From Epithemia pelagica (lineage: Eukaryota; Protista; Bacillariophyta), in NCBI GenBank assembly GCA_946965045.2, contig OX337230.1, positions 2,542,001-2,606,000 on the forward strand: 64,000 nt of DNA, read 5' to 3'. Positions within the stretch are counted from its first letter, which is position 1. Each line of letters opens with the position of its first letter. A model generated the notes under the pieces. The model was not told where the DNA came from, ran no database searches, and saw only the letters and a program-made list of their open reading frames with translations. Below, one piece after another: positions 53,901-61,825 of the stretch. The position numbers and the translations under genes were made by a program.

Positions 53901-54647
53901 ACTGGGGCCACAGACAAGCTATCCAGCACGGAACCAGATGGGAAATTGCCGTTTCAAGAGAAGAATAAGACGACACCAGTGGACCTGGACCAACATGGGC
54001 GGCAGATGCAAGGTCGACAGTTACGAATGGCAATGGCCATTCAGAAAGCCGCTATGGAACTACAAGAGTTCGGTAAGAAGAAGCAAGATTCGGTCTCAGT
54101 GGCGGAGAGTACGACAACGACAAGACCTGTTCCGGTCGATCCAGAAATAGCCGGCAACAGCACGACAGCCGAAGAAACAACAACATTGATGAAGTTCTAC
54201 GCTGATACAGACAATGATGATGATCTTGCTCCTCCAGAAGAAGCAGACGACATTGTGGTCGTTCAAATTCCTATCGACGAGGAAGACAAAGACCAGGATG
54301 AGGGAGACGATGGAGATGACGATGATTGTGGATTGTTGAAAGCCTTGAAGGAACAAATGGAAGAAGTAAAGGTAGAATCTACCGGCATTGCGATCAGTCC
54401 TACGGCTGTTGGTCTGTTGAAGGACGACGCCAACTTACCCATAGAGGGAACTTCCAAGGATGCTCCCGTCATCACGACTCCTCTGGCTGTTGCCGCTGAT
54501 TTTTCAACTCCTGAAGCAAGTGAAAAACAAAATGCAAGCACGAGCAAGAAACAATATGGGAAAAGGAAGGATACGAGTAGCAAGAAAACCCATAGTCCAT
54601 CGAGCAAACGTACCCGCTCCAACACCACACTTAAATCACCGCCGTGA
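50949..54647 (+). CDS. hAT transposase, 1232 aa (BED-like Zn finger, DDE core, dimerisation domain, long acidic tail)
   Basis: CIICPVC...SNISQH...H; LCHDIW (D); SVNDNT (D); KCDMH (CxxH); PNETR; FDVMKWWK...YP...KPPTNAFQERVFS (E, hAT C-terminal domain). Start at MAPKRKS. Confidence 0.93.
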   Translation: MAPKRKSLSRTSSKKSSTDDPPLDTATANKIKARQSLYKQEKELIPILSSPLPEFFTQNPTPLWKWGIHIDWEKFDKFHEESIDEKRDFSMYEGVTSLFESYEHVVIKKLWPKKKPSQQGRKKPVVSKKLAKYQDVCRFCIICPVCFHDPDTTLAKSIIGCSGKTSNISQHRTGCHQDLTFDDEKPDTQATLGEYATNQIVTRSGIRKEFRRLIYEFVNDCCLPASTVEKPEFRSLLQFATSHGLQLKDSKAENMSRREITKMRLNSYEEFLFVVSELGNNVRNAYHKLCKQNVPFGTLCHDIWNGPRGDILGVTIMFTDPRNCEVYRIPIGLAEIQGHSAADVAKLTHALLNQVGFSQSDLCASVNDNTASAVLAGKYILGIRRHGSGSGSKGKCDMHKAELILKHATGLVQRSRNKIIIDANPEFVEAYGIAKKFAAWLMSSRAPQRWESFKDFANKMGAVVIMIPLPNETRVSGCILLIIGLLRNKWIMDEYAASTINGDLGFKRRYPNPDVWEVLSQFEAILSPLKAVSLSLQVDAPGSSSASLLELYSARHVAKLMEIEDIECLPMKENLDNPIKKWDATKNMDDLDEQRDPIAFEDLHSTSRKLIRRIIKEYKTYVLEEKDEDAEKAMCCNPLLANIFEGLFKDLDAYDDDDISRVKTMFVEDMVAKFSNKRVSRLGTVFAKQTGNSGGTTDSTPTTSSSAKPKKKSKVASAFAKIREAREKKQQDLLGLSGKASNAGAEAKLVADLREACKECWTDFKKMCDLMIDHRWEVVIKKYSTDEFKAESQKWGRLEWDEFNEHCRDNYYLGIARYFDVMKWWKVHGSEYPFMLPSALIWLTKPPTNAFQERVFSASTWYHQNKLMGNMYEKHNEMRTLEKLTRPLRKLILQREAEIEKEETEKKEVIDMTAIDESGTKGDGTSSQVQATASVAVAVASQPVASKSTTETPSRQRTSSGTGSGTSSEPINITAETTPAQDISTGATDKLSSTEPDGKLPFQEKNKTTPVDLDQHGRQMQGRQLRMAMAIQKAAMELQEFGKKKQDSVSVAESTTTTRPVPVDPEIAGNSTTAEETTTLMKFYADTDNDDDLAPPEEADDIVVVQIPIDEEDKDQDEGDDGDDDDCGLLKALKEQMEEVKVESTGIAISPTAVGLLKDDANLPIEGTSKDAPVITTPLAVAADFSTPEASEKQNASTSKKQYGKRKDTSSKKTHSPSSKRTRSNTTLKSPP

Positions 54648-54724
54648 TACACTTATTCCATTTATGATTCACTAACAATGAGGCAATGAAGTTGCATGTT
54701 TGCATGATTAACCGTTAAGTTTTA

Positions 54725-56500
54725 CTAAGATCTTTGATAAATGTTCGCCATCATAGGAATCAGTGTCTTCAAATTATTACCGGAATGTGTGTCGTTATAG
54801 GAATCGAGTGCTGATAAAACAGTGGGTCGGGTCTCATTGGATTGAAGGAGCTGGCCCAAGGAACCAAAGAGGGGATTGATCTGTTTCCATATGTTTCGTG
54901 GAATCCATGATGTGAGAAGGTGCGAACATCTTAAAGAGTCGCTCTCCATTTTGTAGCCATGGGTCCATTCCAAATGAAAACACCATCGGAAAACATGAAT
55001 ATCACAGGGTATTCCTTCATCTCGGGAAAACGCCGAAGATAGAACAATCATGACAGTTTTGTGGCCAATCCCAATCAGTTGTTCGAATTGGCGAGCGCAA
55101 ATATTGGACGGAATGATCCCATCGTGGCGCTGTATGAAATAGTCAGCTGAGTTGACTATTCTTTCGGCATTGTTGTAGTAGCGACCAGCATCAGAAATTA
55201 TGGAACAGAATGCATTCATGCCATAACGGGATGCGATGTCATAACAAGCCGTTGCAGATGTGAGGCCAATGGAGAAAAGGCGTGGGATAATTTTGCTGAG
55301 TTGTGCATCTGACGTACTCGAACTCATGATGATGATGATCAGGCACATGAAAGCTCGGTCTGGTTGTTGGGATATGTCGTCAGAGTTCGATTGGTTGTGG
55401 ATATAATCGTCCATCCATCGTTCCCAATTGTCTCGTGGGGAAATGATGTTCTTATCGAGAAGGTGTTGCCGAAAATCAAGAAGACCGGAAAGAAGATTGA
55501 GTTGTTTTTCCTTTATTTGTGGAGCCAATGGTGGAATAGGAGCCAGATATACATTTCGGAGGGGTAGTAGTTTCGGTGGTTCACCAGGCATGTGGCGCTT
55601 CTCCGTCGAATCATAACCTAGTTTGTTGTATTGAATTTTTATTTTGGATCGGGAGGCGGATTGAATCAGTTGTGAAATTAGTTTCGTTCGTTTCCGGGTA
55701 GAGTATGGGTGGAACAAGGATGTATTTGTTGTGGTTTTGCCTGTGGAAGATGATGGAGAGGATGAATTATTTGGTTTGGTGGTCGGAGACCCACCAGGGG
55801 AAGTGATTTGATTGTCATGTTCTTGGATTATGGACAAAACTTCCTTTTCGAACAAATCGAGGAAAGGGAAAATGGTATCGGGAACAAATCTGAATAGGGG
55901 ACCTTCCTGGCCAACCGTGATTGGAGTTTGCACAACGAATCGCGTGTCGGATCGAATCATCCAAGACATTATGTGGGTGAGTGGTGAGATTGAGCAAGTA
56001 TCTCTTTGGTCCAGGGTATATTCGGCACAGAGTGTGGTAAGGAAGGTCAAACAGTCTTGTCGGTGGAATGTAGGCAAACAAAATATCTCCATGTATGGAT
56101 TGGCTCCTTCTGGGACTTCATAGTTGATGGTATATGGAGAACTGTCTGAAGCTGTGGCTTCGAGAATACCGAGGGAAAATTGTTTTATGACCTCGTTGGA
56201 AGGGATGCTGTTGACTTGGCAGATGTGTGTCCTGGACATGAAAGTATTCACTTGCTTGATTGTAATTGTCTTGTTCGAACGCATTAGCCATCTTAGAAGT
56301 ATATCGGAAATAGCATCCACTAAGACGTTGTCTTCGTCAACCATTTCCTCGGGTTCAGATACAGATGAAGGATGCCCTTCGAGTTCCTCTTCTAGGAATC
56401 TGATTAGAGTATAGGGACAGTGAATTATGTATCGAACTCGACATCGAGATTCGAATACAATGTTGTTCTTGTTCGTGCTTACACAAGCCATTCTGTACAT
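54725..56500 (-). CDS. Endonuclease III/NTHL1-like HhH-GPD DNA glycosylase/AP lyase fused to an unknown N-terminal region (hAT cargo)
   Basis: FMCLIIIIMSSSTSD ~ FELLIAVLLSAQATD; AGRYYNNAERI...RHDGIIP; HhH LIGIGHKT with Lys at 55058-55060; IPCDIHVFR with Asp at 55001-55003; SWIPRNIWKQINPLFGSLGQ ~ NTHL1 C-terminal helix. Start uncertain (ATG 56500, 56491 or 56344). Confidence 0.9.
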   Translation of the reverse strand: MYRMACVSTNKNNIVFESRCRVRYIIHCPYTLIRFLEEELEGHPSSVSEPEEMVDEDNVLVDAISDILLRWLMRSNKTITIKQVNTFMSRTHICQVNSIPSNEVIKQFSLGILEATASDSSPYTINYEVPEGANPYMEIFCLPTFHRQDCLTFLTTLCAEYTLDQRDTCSISPLTHIMSWMIRSDTRFVVQTPITVGQEGPLFRFVPDTIFPFLDLFEKEVLSIIQEHDNQITSPGGSPTTKPNNSSSPSSSTGKTTTNTSLFHPYSTRKRTKLISQLIQSASRSKIKIQYNKLGYDSTEKRHMPGEPPKLLPLRNVYLAPIPPLAPQIKEKQLNLLSGLLDFRQHLLDKNIISPRDNWERWMDDYIHNQSNSDDISQQPDRAFMCLIIIIMSSSTSDAQLSKIIPRLFSIGLTSATACYDIASRYGMNAFCSIISDAGRYYNNAERIVNSADYFIQRHDGIIPSNICARQFEQLIGIGHKTVMIVLSSAFSRDEGIPCDIHVFRWCFHLEWTHGYKMESDSLRCSHLLTSWIPRNIWKQINPLFGSLGQLLQSNETRPTVLSALDSYNDTHSGNNLKTLIPMMANIYQRS

Positions 56501-56509
56501 TGCAAATTT

Positions 56510-56600
56510 GCACAGGTGCAGAGGTGCAGAGGTGCAGAGGTGCAGAGTGCAGAAGAGTTGGCGCAGACACAGTACAGAGTGCAGAGTGCAGAAGCACAGC
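56510..56600. repeat. GCAGAG(G)T 7-8-mer tandem array upstream of the glycosylase gene
   Basis: gcacaggt gcagaggt gcagaggt gcagaggt gcagagt gcagaa ... gcagagt gcagaa. Confidence 0.9.
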
Positions 56601-57626
56601 GATTCCTTAACCATTAGTGCACAGTTGTGTCTTGCATTATGTGACTTAAGTCACTTTGACTTAAACGGTTTAAGTCAGAGAATTAACAGGGAATTATGAA
56701 GAATTTGGCATTAAAGTCAAAGTCAAATTCCATCATGCCTGTAATGTTATTAAGTCGCATGAGGGAGACAGGGGGAATTGACTTGACGAATTAATTCTAA
56801 GTAAATTCTATAGCAATGGGTAGTAGACTTAATAGTCATTAAGTAAATTCACTGGAATTGTTACAGTGACTTGCTAATCACTAAGTAAAGTCGTCTATAA
56901 ATTTAAATAGTACTTGAAAGTAGCTAAGTCCATTCACTATGTCATATATAGTTACTTCACAACCCTGCCGTTCACCCCAAAAACCAAAACAACCGTTGTT
57001 CCCGACCTTCCTCTGTCGATTTGTTTGATTGTTGGTTACTGGTTACATTCCCATTGGTTGGTTCTATACCCTCAAACCGACTGTTTGATTGTTTGGTTGA
57101 TTGTTGTTGATTGCTGGAGGATTCGAGTCATTTCATCGTTGGTGGTATCTTGATTCGTTGGCTGTTTTCAGTGGTGGGTTGTTCTCAAAGGCTGAATTGA
57201 TCACCCAAAGAAGACCATTTTCATTGGATTGTTGATTGGTTGATTTGGAAAACACAACGGACTGTTGGTACTTGAACGTGACACTATTTTGGTGGTGCTT
57301 CAGAGAGCTCTATTCTTTTGATTCTTGCCTGCTACTACTGAGTGGATTTGACTCGTTATCTCCGAAAGTCCAGCTGATTGTTTGATTTCGGTTTCTTCTT
57401 GCCTGAGTTGGTGTCGACTGCTGCTGCTTGTTGGATTGAGGTCCTGCTGCTTGTTGGATTGAGGTCCTTTGGTGACACTGGTTGATACGACTGCTGTTGC
57501 TCGTTTGATTGCGACTCCCTTGTTGTCTTCTTCCTGAAAGTCACGGCGATTGTCTGATTGTCGGTTGCTGGTTGGATTGTTTTGATTCCCGATTTGCCTG
57601 GTGGTGCAGGTCAATTCAACTTGGTG

Positions 57627-58034
57627 GGTGGACTCTCTTGGGTGCTTGATTGTTGAATCTGGAATCTTTTCCGTAAGATATGCTGTTACGCGACTTTGGT
57701 TTTGTTTCAGAAAAAGTACAAACAAGCTGGTGAAAAGGTAGTAGCCAGTTGTCACTAATACTTTTCCTTCGGAAATGGCGTTTTTACAGAAGTGCTGGTG
57801 GTGTGCCTCGGTCCAACAACGAGACCCTCCACTGAGAGTCGCTTTGGTGGTGGTATTGGTGGACTCTCTTCCCTGTGTGCTTGATTGTTGATTCTGGAAT
57901 CTTTTCTGTAAGATATCGTGTATCGCGAATTGTTTTTGTTCCAAAAAAAGTACAAACAAGCTGGTGAAAAGGTAGTAGCCAGTTGTCACTAATACTTTTC
58001 CTTCGGAAATGGCGTTTTTACAGAAGTGCTGGTG
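57627..58034. repeat. Tandem duplication, period 234 bp, with a 90-bp identical core
   Basis: 57711-57800 is identical to 57945-58034; the flanking 5' parts are similar but diverged. Confidence 0.92.
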
Positions 58035-58224
58035 CTGTTACTTGCTATATCATAAACATGTCGGTGCAAGAAGAAGACCCATTGGAGGCGTTTGCTCCCA
58101 CTGTTCATTTGTCTCGACCTATGAAGACGACCCCCTTGACATTGGAACGTGTTCTGTTTTTATCCAAGATCGATGGTGTGAATGCCCTGTTAAGGATTGG
58201 ATCAATGTTGAAGTTATTTAACCC

Positions 58225-59274
58225 ATGGGTCTTGCGGCGATGACCCAAGATTTTCGACGGCAAATAATCGTGCGGGCCACCTTACCCCCCTGTTCATCTT
58301 CTTTGCTGCAAGATGTACTGTGTCACGCTGCTTTCTGTATCCCCAAGATATGCGCAGAGATTGGTCATGGAGAGTGCGACCGCGAGCCATTCCGTTCGGC
58401 TGCACTTCGAATGTTTCTGAAAACTCTTTATAGTGGTGCTGTTGAATATTGGGCTCGTGTTTTTCCTAATGGCGCCGAAGACCAGGCCGATGGCAAGGAA
58501 GTTGTCGGTTTCAAAGGAACGGTTCTACAATGGATCCGTCAACATGAAGTGGTTCAAGACGACGATCAAAGAATTTTGGACTCGTTGAGTTCGTTGAAAA
58601 AGCACTTGACGGATGATGACAATCTATTCTACAAGTTGAGTTATGATGATATCCATATCCCTGTTTTGGTACAGGCTCTGTTGTTAATCCAAAGGATCTA
58701 CAAGTGGATTCACCCACGAGCGGAAGAATTGTCCCAGACGGAAGTCACAACGGCCTTTGTCTCCACGATGCCAAATCTTGTTCTTGAAGTTTATGGAAAT
58801 CATTTTAGCCAGAGTAAGGAAGATGTATGTTCCTTGAACTTGTCCGATCTGGCGACTCGTTTTTCGAATGTTGCGGATGCTATGCACAGGGACAATTGTT
58901 GGCGAGAAAGTGACAGGCGAATGAGAAAGAGAGCGCGGAAAGTGTTCGGGAGAGGTCTTCTTCAGAATTCGGAGGATAAAGCAGCCACTGGTGATGATGG
59001 TGAACAACGTCGAGAGGTATCAAGTGTGGTGAATTCAAGTGGACAAGTCCAGAGTGATGTCATTGGTCAGGTTGAAGGGGAGGTGGTTGAATCTGATGTT
59101 TGTGATGGGTCAAGCAAACCGAGCGCCAACCAATCTCTGTCTATTGTTGGTGCAACATCCATTGAAGCATGTCTACACTCGGCGTCCATAATTCAAAGTG
59201 AAGATTCCGGGGAGAAGAAGAATTCTTCCGAAACCAACCATGGCTCATCTTTGGTGGCAAGAAGTGTAGGCTGA
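58225..59274 (+). CDS. Hypothetical protein, 349 aa
   Basis: Open ORF, helical core then an S/D-rich tail. An upstream in-frame segment (58009-58218) is separated by a single TAA. Confidence 0.5.
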   Translation: MGLAAMTQDFRRQIIVRATLPPCSSSLLQDVLCHAAFCIPKICAEIGHGECDREPFRSAALRMFLKTLYSGAVEYWARVFPNGAEDQADGKEVVGFKGTVLQWIRQHEVVQDDDQRILDSLSSLKKHLTDDDNLFYKLSYDDIHIPVLVQALLLIQRIYKWIHPRAEELSQTEVTTAFVSTMPNLVLEVYGNHFSQSKEDVCSLNLSDLATRFSNVADAMHRDNCWRESDRRMRKRARKVFGRGLLQNSEDKAATGDDGEQRREVSSVVNSSGQVQSDVIGQVEGEVVESDVCDGSSKPSANQSLSIVGATSIEACLHSASIIQSEDSGEKKNSSETNHGSSLVARSVG

Positions 59275-59293
59275 CGAAGTGACGGAATATACA

Positions 59294-61225
59294 ATGCCTG
59301 TTTCTCTTGATGATGATCTTGATAGAAAGCCACCTGCAAAGCCATCTGCAAAGCCACCTGCGAAGAAGAAACCGCGCAACTCTCACTTAAAGAAACCACC
59401 GCCTGTACAGATTTCGGATGCAGCGAATTTAGGTCTAGGATCAACGGCTGGTGTTGACTCTACAACGTGTAGTCAACCAAAGGAAGAGAAATCTGGAGGT
59501 ACTAGCGTTGTTTCTAACGCCGAAGAACAATCGAATGGGCGTTCTGTGTCAAATGTTGTGGCGAATGAACAAATTGATGGCCTTGTGGGTGAAGGGAGAG
59601 GGCTTGTCCTGAAAGACAACCCAGGTCTTGATGATGGTGATGATGATGAATCGGTCAAGGATTCTACGGCATTGGTGGAAGGGAATGATGTGGAGATGGT
59701 AGATTGCACTGTTGAAGATAGACATGTGGAGGAGGACGATGGTTTCACGGCCAAACTTTTGTCTTTTTCCCCGCCCAAGGGATGCCATGGAGGAGTTCGA
59801 TACAAGGAACCTGACCCACCGGAGGGCCTGATTGTGAAAGGAAGTCAGAGAGCTGTTCGGTATAATCACAGTTGTTTGAGGGGATATATCATCAAAGGAT
59901 TGAATCAGGCAATGAACCTACGTACCATCATTGCTGCGAAGCGGGGGATTGGAATGAAAACAGTGACGCTACCGGTTCTTTTTTCCTGTCGAGAATGTAA
60001 AGGACTATGTGGGTCCATTCTTCCGAATTCGCATTCTAAGGTTCTTCAATTTCCGCACCAGTCTTATCGGCGCAGAGTGCTTCTTGATCCACCTGAAATA
60101 TGGGACCGTGAGTTCCCGTATGACATGTTCGACAGTATTGTACAGTGCATTGTTCATCGGTTGCACATACCCTTTGTCTTTGTTGACTATGGTTTTGACT
60201 TGGAGGATGATTCGTTGTTGACGGTAGCCTTGGAGGATTGGAAAGATGAGAAAACAAAGTACCTGGTTGTGTTAACATCGATGACACAGAATATCACCGG
60301 GCCTACACGTCATGCAATGATTATAGTTCAGCTAGATGATCACAGTGTCTATGTTTATGACCCACGCAAACGAACTATTGAAGAATGGTCGGGTCATGTT
60401 TCGAAAGCATTGAAGAGATGGTGTCTCCATGATACTAACCAAGACAGTCCCCAATGGACAAAGATGATGCTTCCTTCCAAGAGATTCGGATTGGAATACA
60501 AGGGTGAAAATATTCCGGAACAGCTGTTTGTTTTGGTGGCTTTCTACGGCTACATGGATTATATGTCTGGAATACACTGGTCAAGTTCTAGTCTCAAGAT
60601 TCCATCGGGTTTGATGGGTGAGAGATATATGGATGATTTGTCTTGTATTCGTCAGCTTTTCAATTCTAGAGTTTACAAATATCTGAATGAAATGAAGGAA
60701 TCGTCGGCAATTCGAGTGCTAACCGAACGACCTGTCGAAAGATCTGGAGATGAGCTATGTGAACATCCTAGATACAAAATTGGAGAGGGTGATATGAACA
60801 AGATAGACGATATATACGAGGAAGAAGAACATGACGTTGTGGTTTGTGAACATAGTTTTGACACGCAGTTGCAAACTGATCAGTATACATGCTCTGCCAC
60901 ATATGAACAGCTACGATGTGATTCGGTACTGCTGCCCAAGAAAGATATTCGGGACTATTTGAGGATGTCTGAACAAGAAGAGAATCTGTGTGTTTGTTGT
61001 GATAGAAGGATGCTTGATCCATCGGATAATGAGTATGAAATGATTCATCTAGATGGGCGATGGGGTACTGTGGACCGTGAAAGGTATTCTCCGGTGTGCG
61101 TCTTGGAGAATTGTGGGCATCGAATTCATAAGATTTGTCTCCAGATCAGATTGGCTCATGGAATACGCCATTGTCCCGTCTGTAATTCTACAATTGCGGT
61201 GGGAAGGGATATTCCTAAGATTTGA
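59294..61225 (+). CDS. Protein with degenerate Ulp1/C48 protease-like domain and C-terminal RING finger
   Basis: RING: CVCC...CGHRIHKIC...CPVC. Ulp1-like: RHAMIIVQLDDHSVYVYDP...WSGHVSKALKRW, with no QxxxxxCG catalytic Cys visible. Confidence 0.65.
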   Translation: MPVSLDDDLDRKPPAKPSAKPPAKKKPRNSHLKKPPPVQISDAANLGLGSTAGVDSTTCSQPKEEKSGGTSVVSNAEEQSNGRSVSNVVANEQIDGLVGEGRGLVLKDNPGLDDGDDDESVKDSTALVEGNDVEMVDCTVEDRHVEEDDGFTAKLLSFSPPKGCHGGVRYKEPDPPEGLIVKGSQRAVRYNHSCLRGYIIKGLNQAMNLRTIIAAKRGIGMKTVTLPVLFSCRECKGLCGSILPNSHSKVLQFPHQSYRRRVLLDPPEIWDREFPYDMFDSIVQCIVHRLHIPFVFVDYGFDLEDDSLLTVALEDWKDEKTKYLVVLTSMTQNITGPTRHAMIIVQLDDHSVYVYDPRKRTIEEWSGHVSKALKRWCLHDTNQDSPQWTKMMLPSKRFGLEYKGENIPEQLFVLVAFYGYMDYMSGIHWSSSSLKIPSGLMGERYMDDLSCIRQLFNSRVYKYLNEMKESSAIRVLTERPVERSGDELCEHPRYKIGEGDMNKIDDIYEEEEHDVVVCEHSFDTQLQTDQYTCSATYEQLRCDSVLLPKKDIRDYLRMSEQEENLCVCCDRRMLDPSDNEYEMIHLDGRWGTVDRERYSPVCVLENCGHRIHKICLQIRLAHGIRHCPVCNSTIAVGRDIPKI

Positions 61226-61825
61226 GAAGTGATGGTACAAAATACAGCATCAATGCTCTTATTCGGGAATATGAGCAGGAAGAGAACATCCTCAACCTTT
61301 CTCGAAACCTGCCCACAAATGTCTTCATGTCGATGGAGACCTCGTAATGCAAATACTTCACCGCAATATCGACAATAACCAGAGGGGCATGCACGGGTCG
61401 ACTGCTTCCCTTTGACTACTCTACGTGATCTTCCCATATCCACTGGTAATTTATCACAACAAGAAAGAAATTTTTGTTTGTAATATTGTGACGATATGGC
61501 AATGTTGATTGGATACTGCAGACCGACTGGCGCGCTGGTTCCGGTGTGCGCGAGGTGGATTAAATATTGTGGTTGGTGCGCTGTATTTTTTTTGAAAAAC
61601 ATTTATGGTCAAACGGTCTTGGCAAATATACTTCCTCGGAATGTATATGGATATTTCTTGACTATGGGATTGGCAGGCGGTCGTTGTTAACGCGGGTGTG
61701 GTTCTCTGTTTTGGCGCCGAATTTAAAACTTGCCCCGGATTGTATGTCTGCACCATTTTTGGACTAGAATCACAACGATAACGTTCTATGTTTCTTCACC
61801 TCGATTGAAAGTTGTTAGGCAAGAA

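Larger units (their letters stand above)
50316..56967 (+). mobile_element. Complete two-gene hAT transposon (6,652 bp)
   Basis: TIR CAGGGTTGTGAAGT (50316-50329) / ACTTCACAACCCTG (56954-56967); perfect 8-bp TSD CCGTTCAC at 50308-50315 and 56968-56975; dense AAGTCA/TGACTT subterminal motifs at both ends. Confidence 0.97.

Noticed and set aside
61188-61437. Tiny minus-strand C2HC zinc-finger gene (CRYCGEVFALRGLHRHEDIC)
   Set aside because: The motif is suggestive, but the spliced product would be only ~50 aa and overlaps the RING gene end; not supportable without RNA data.
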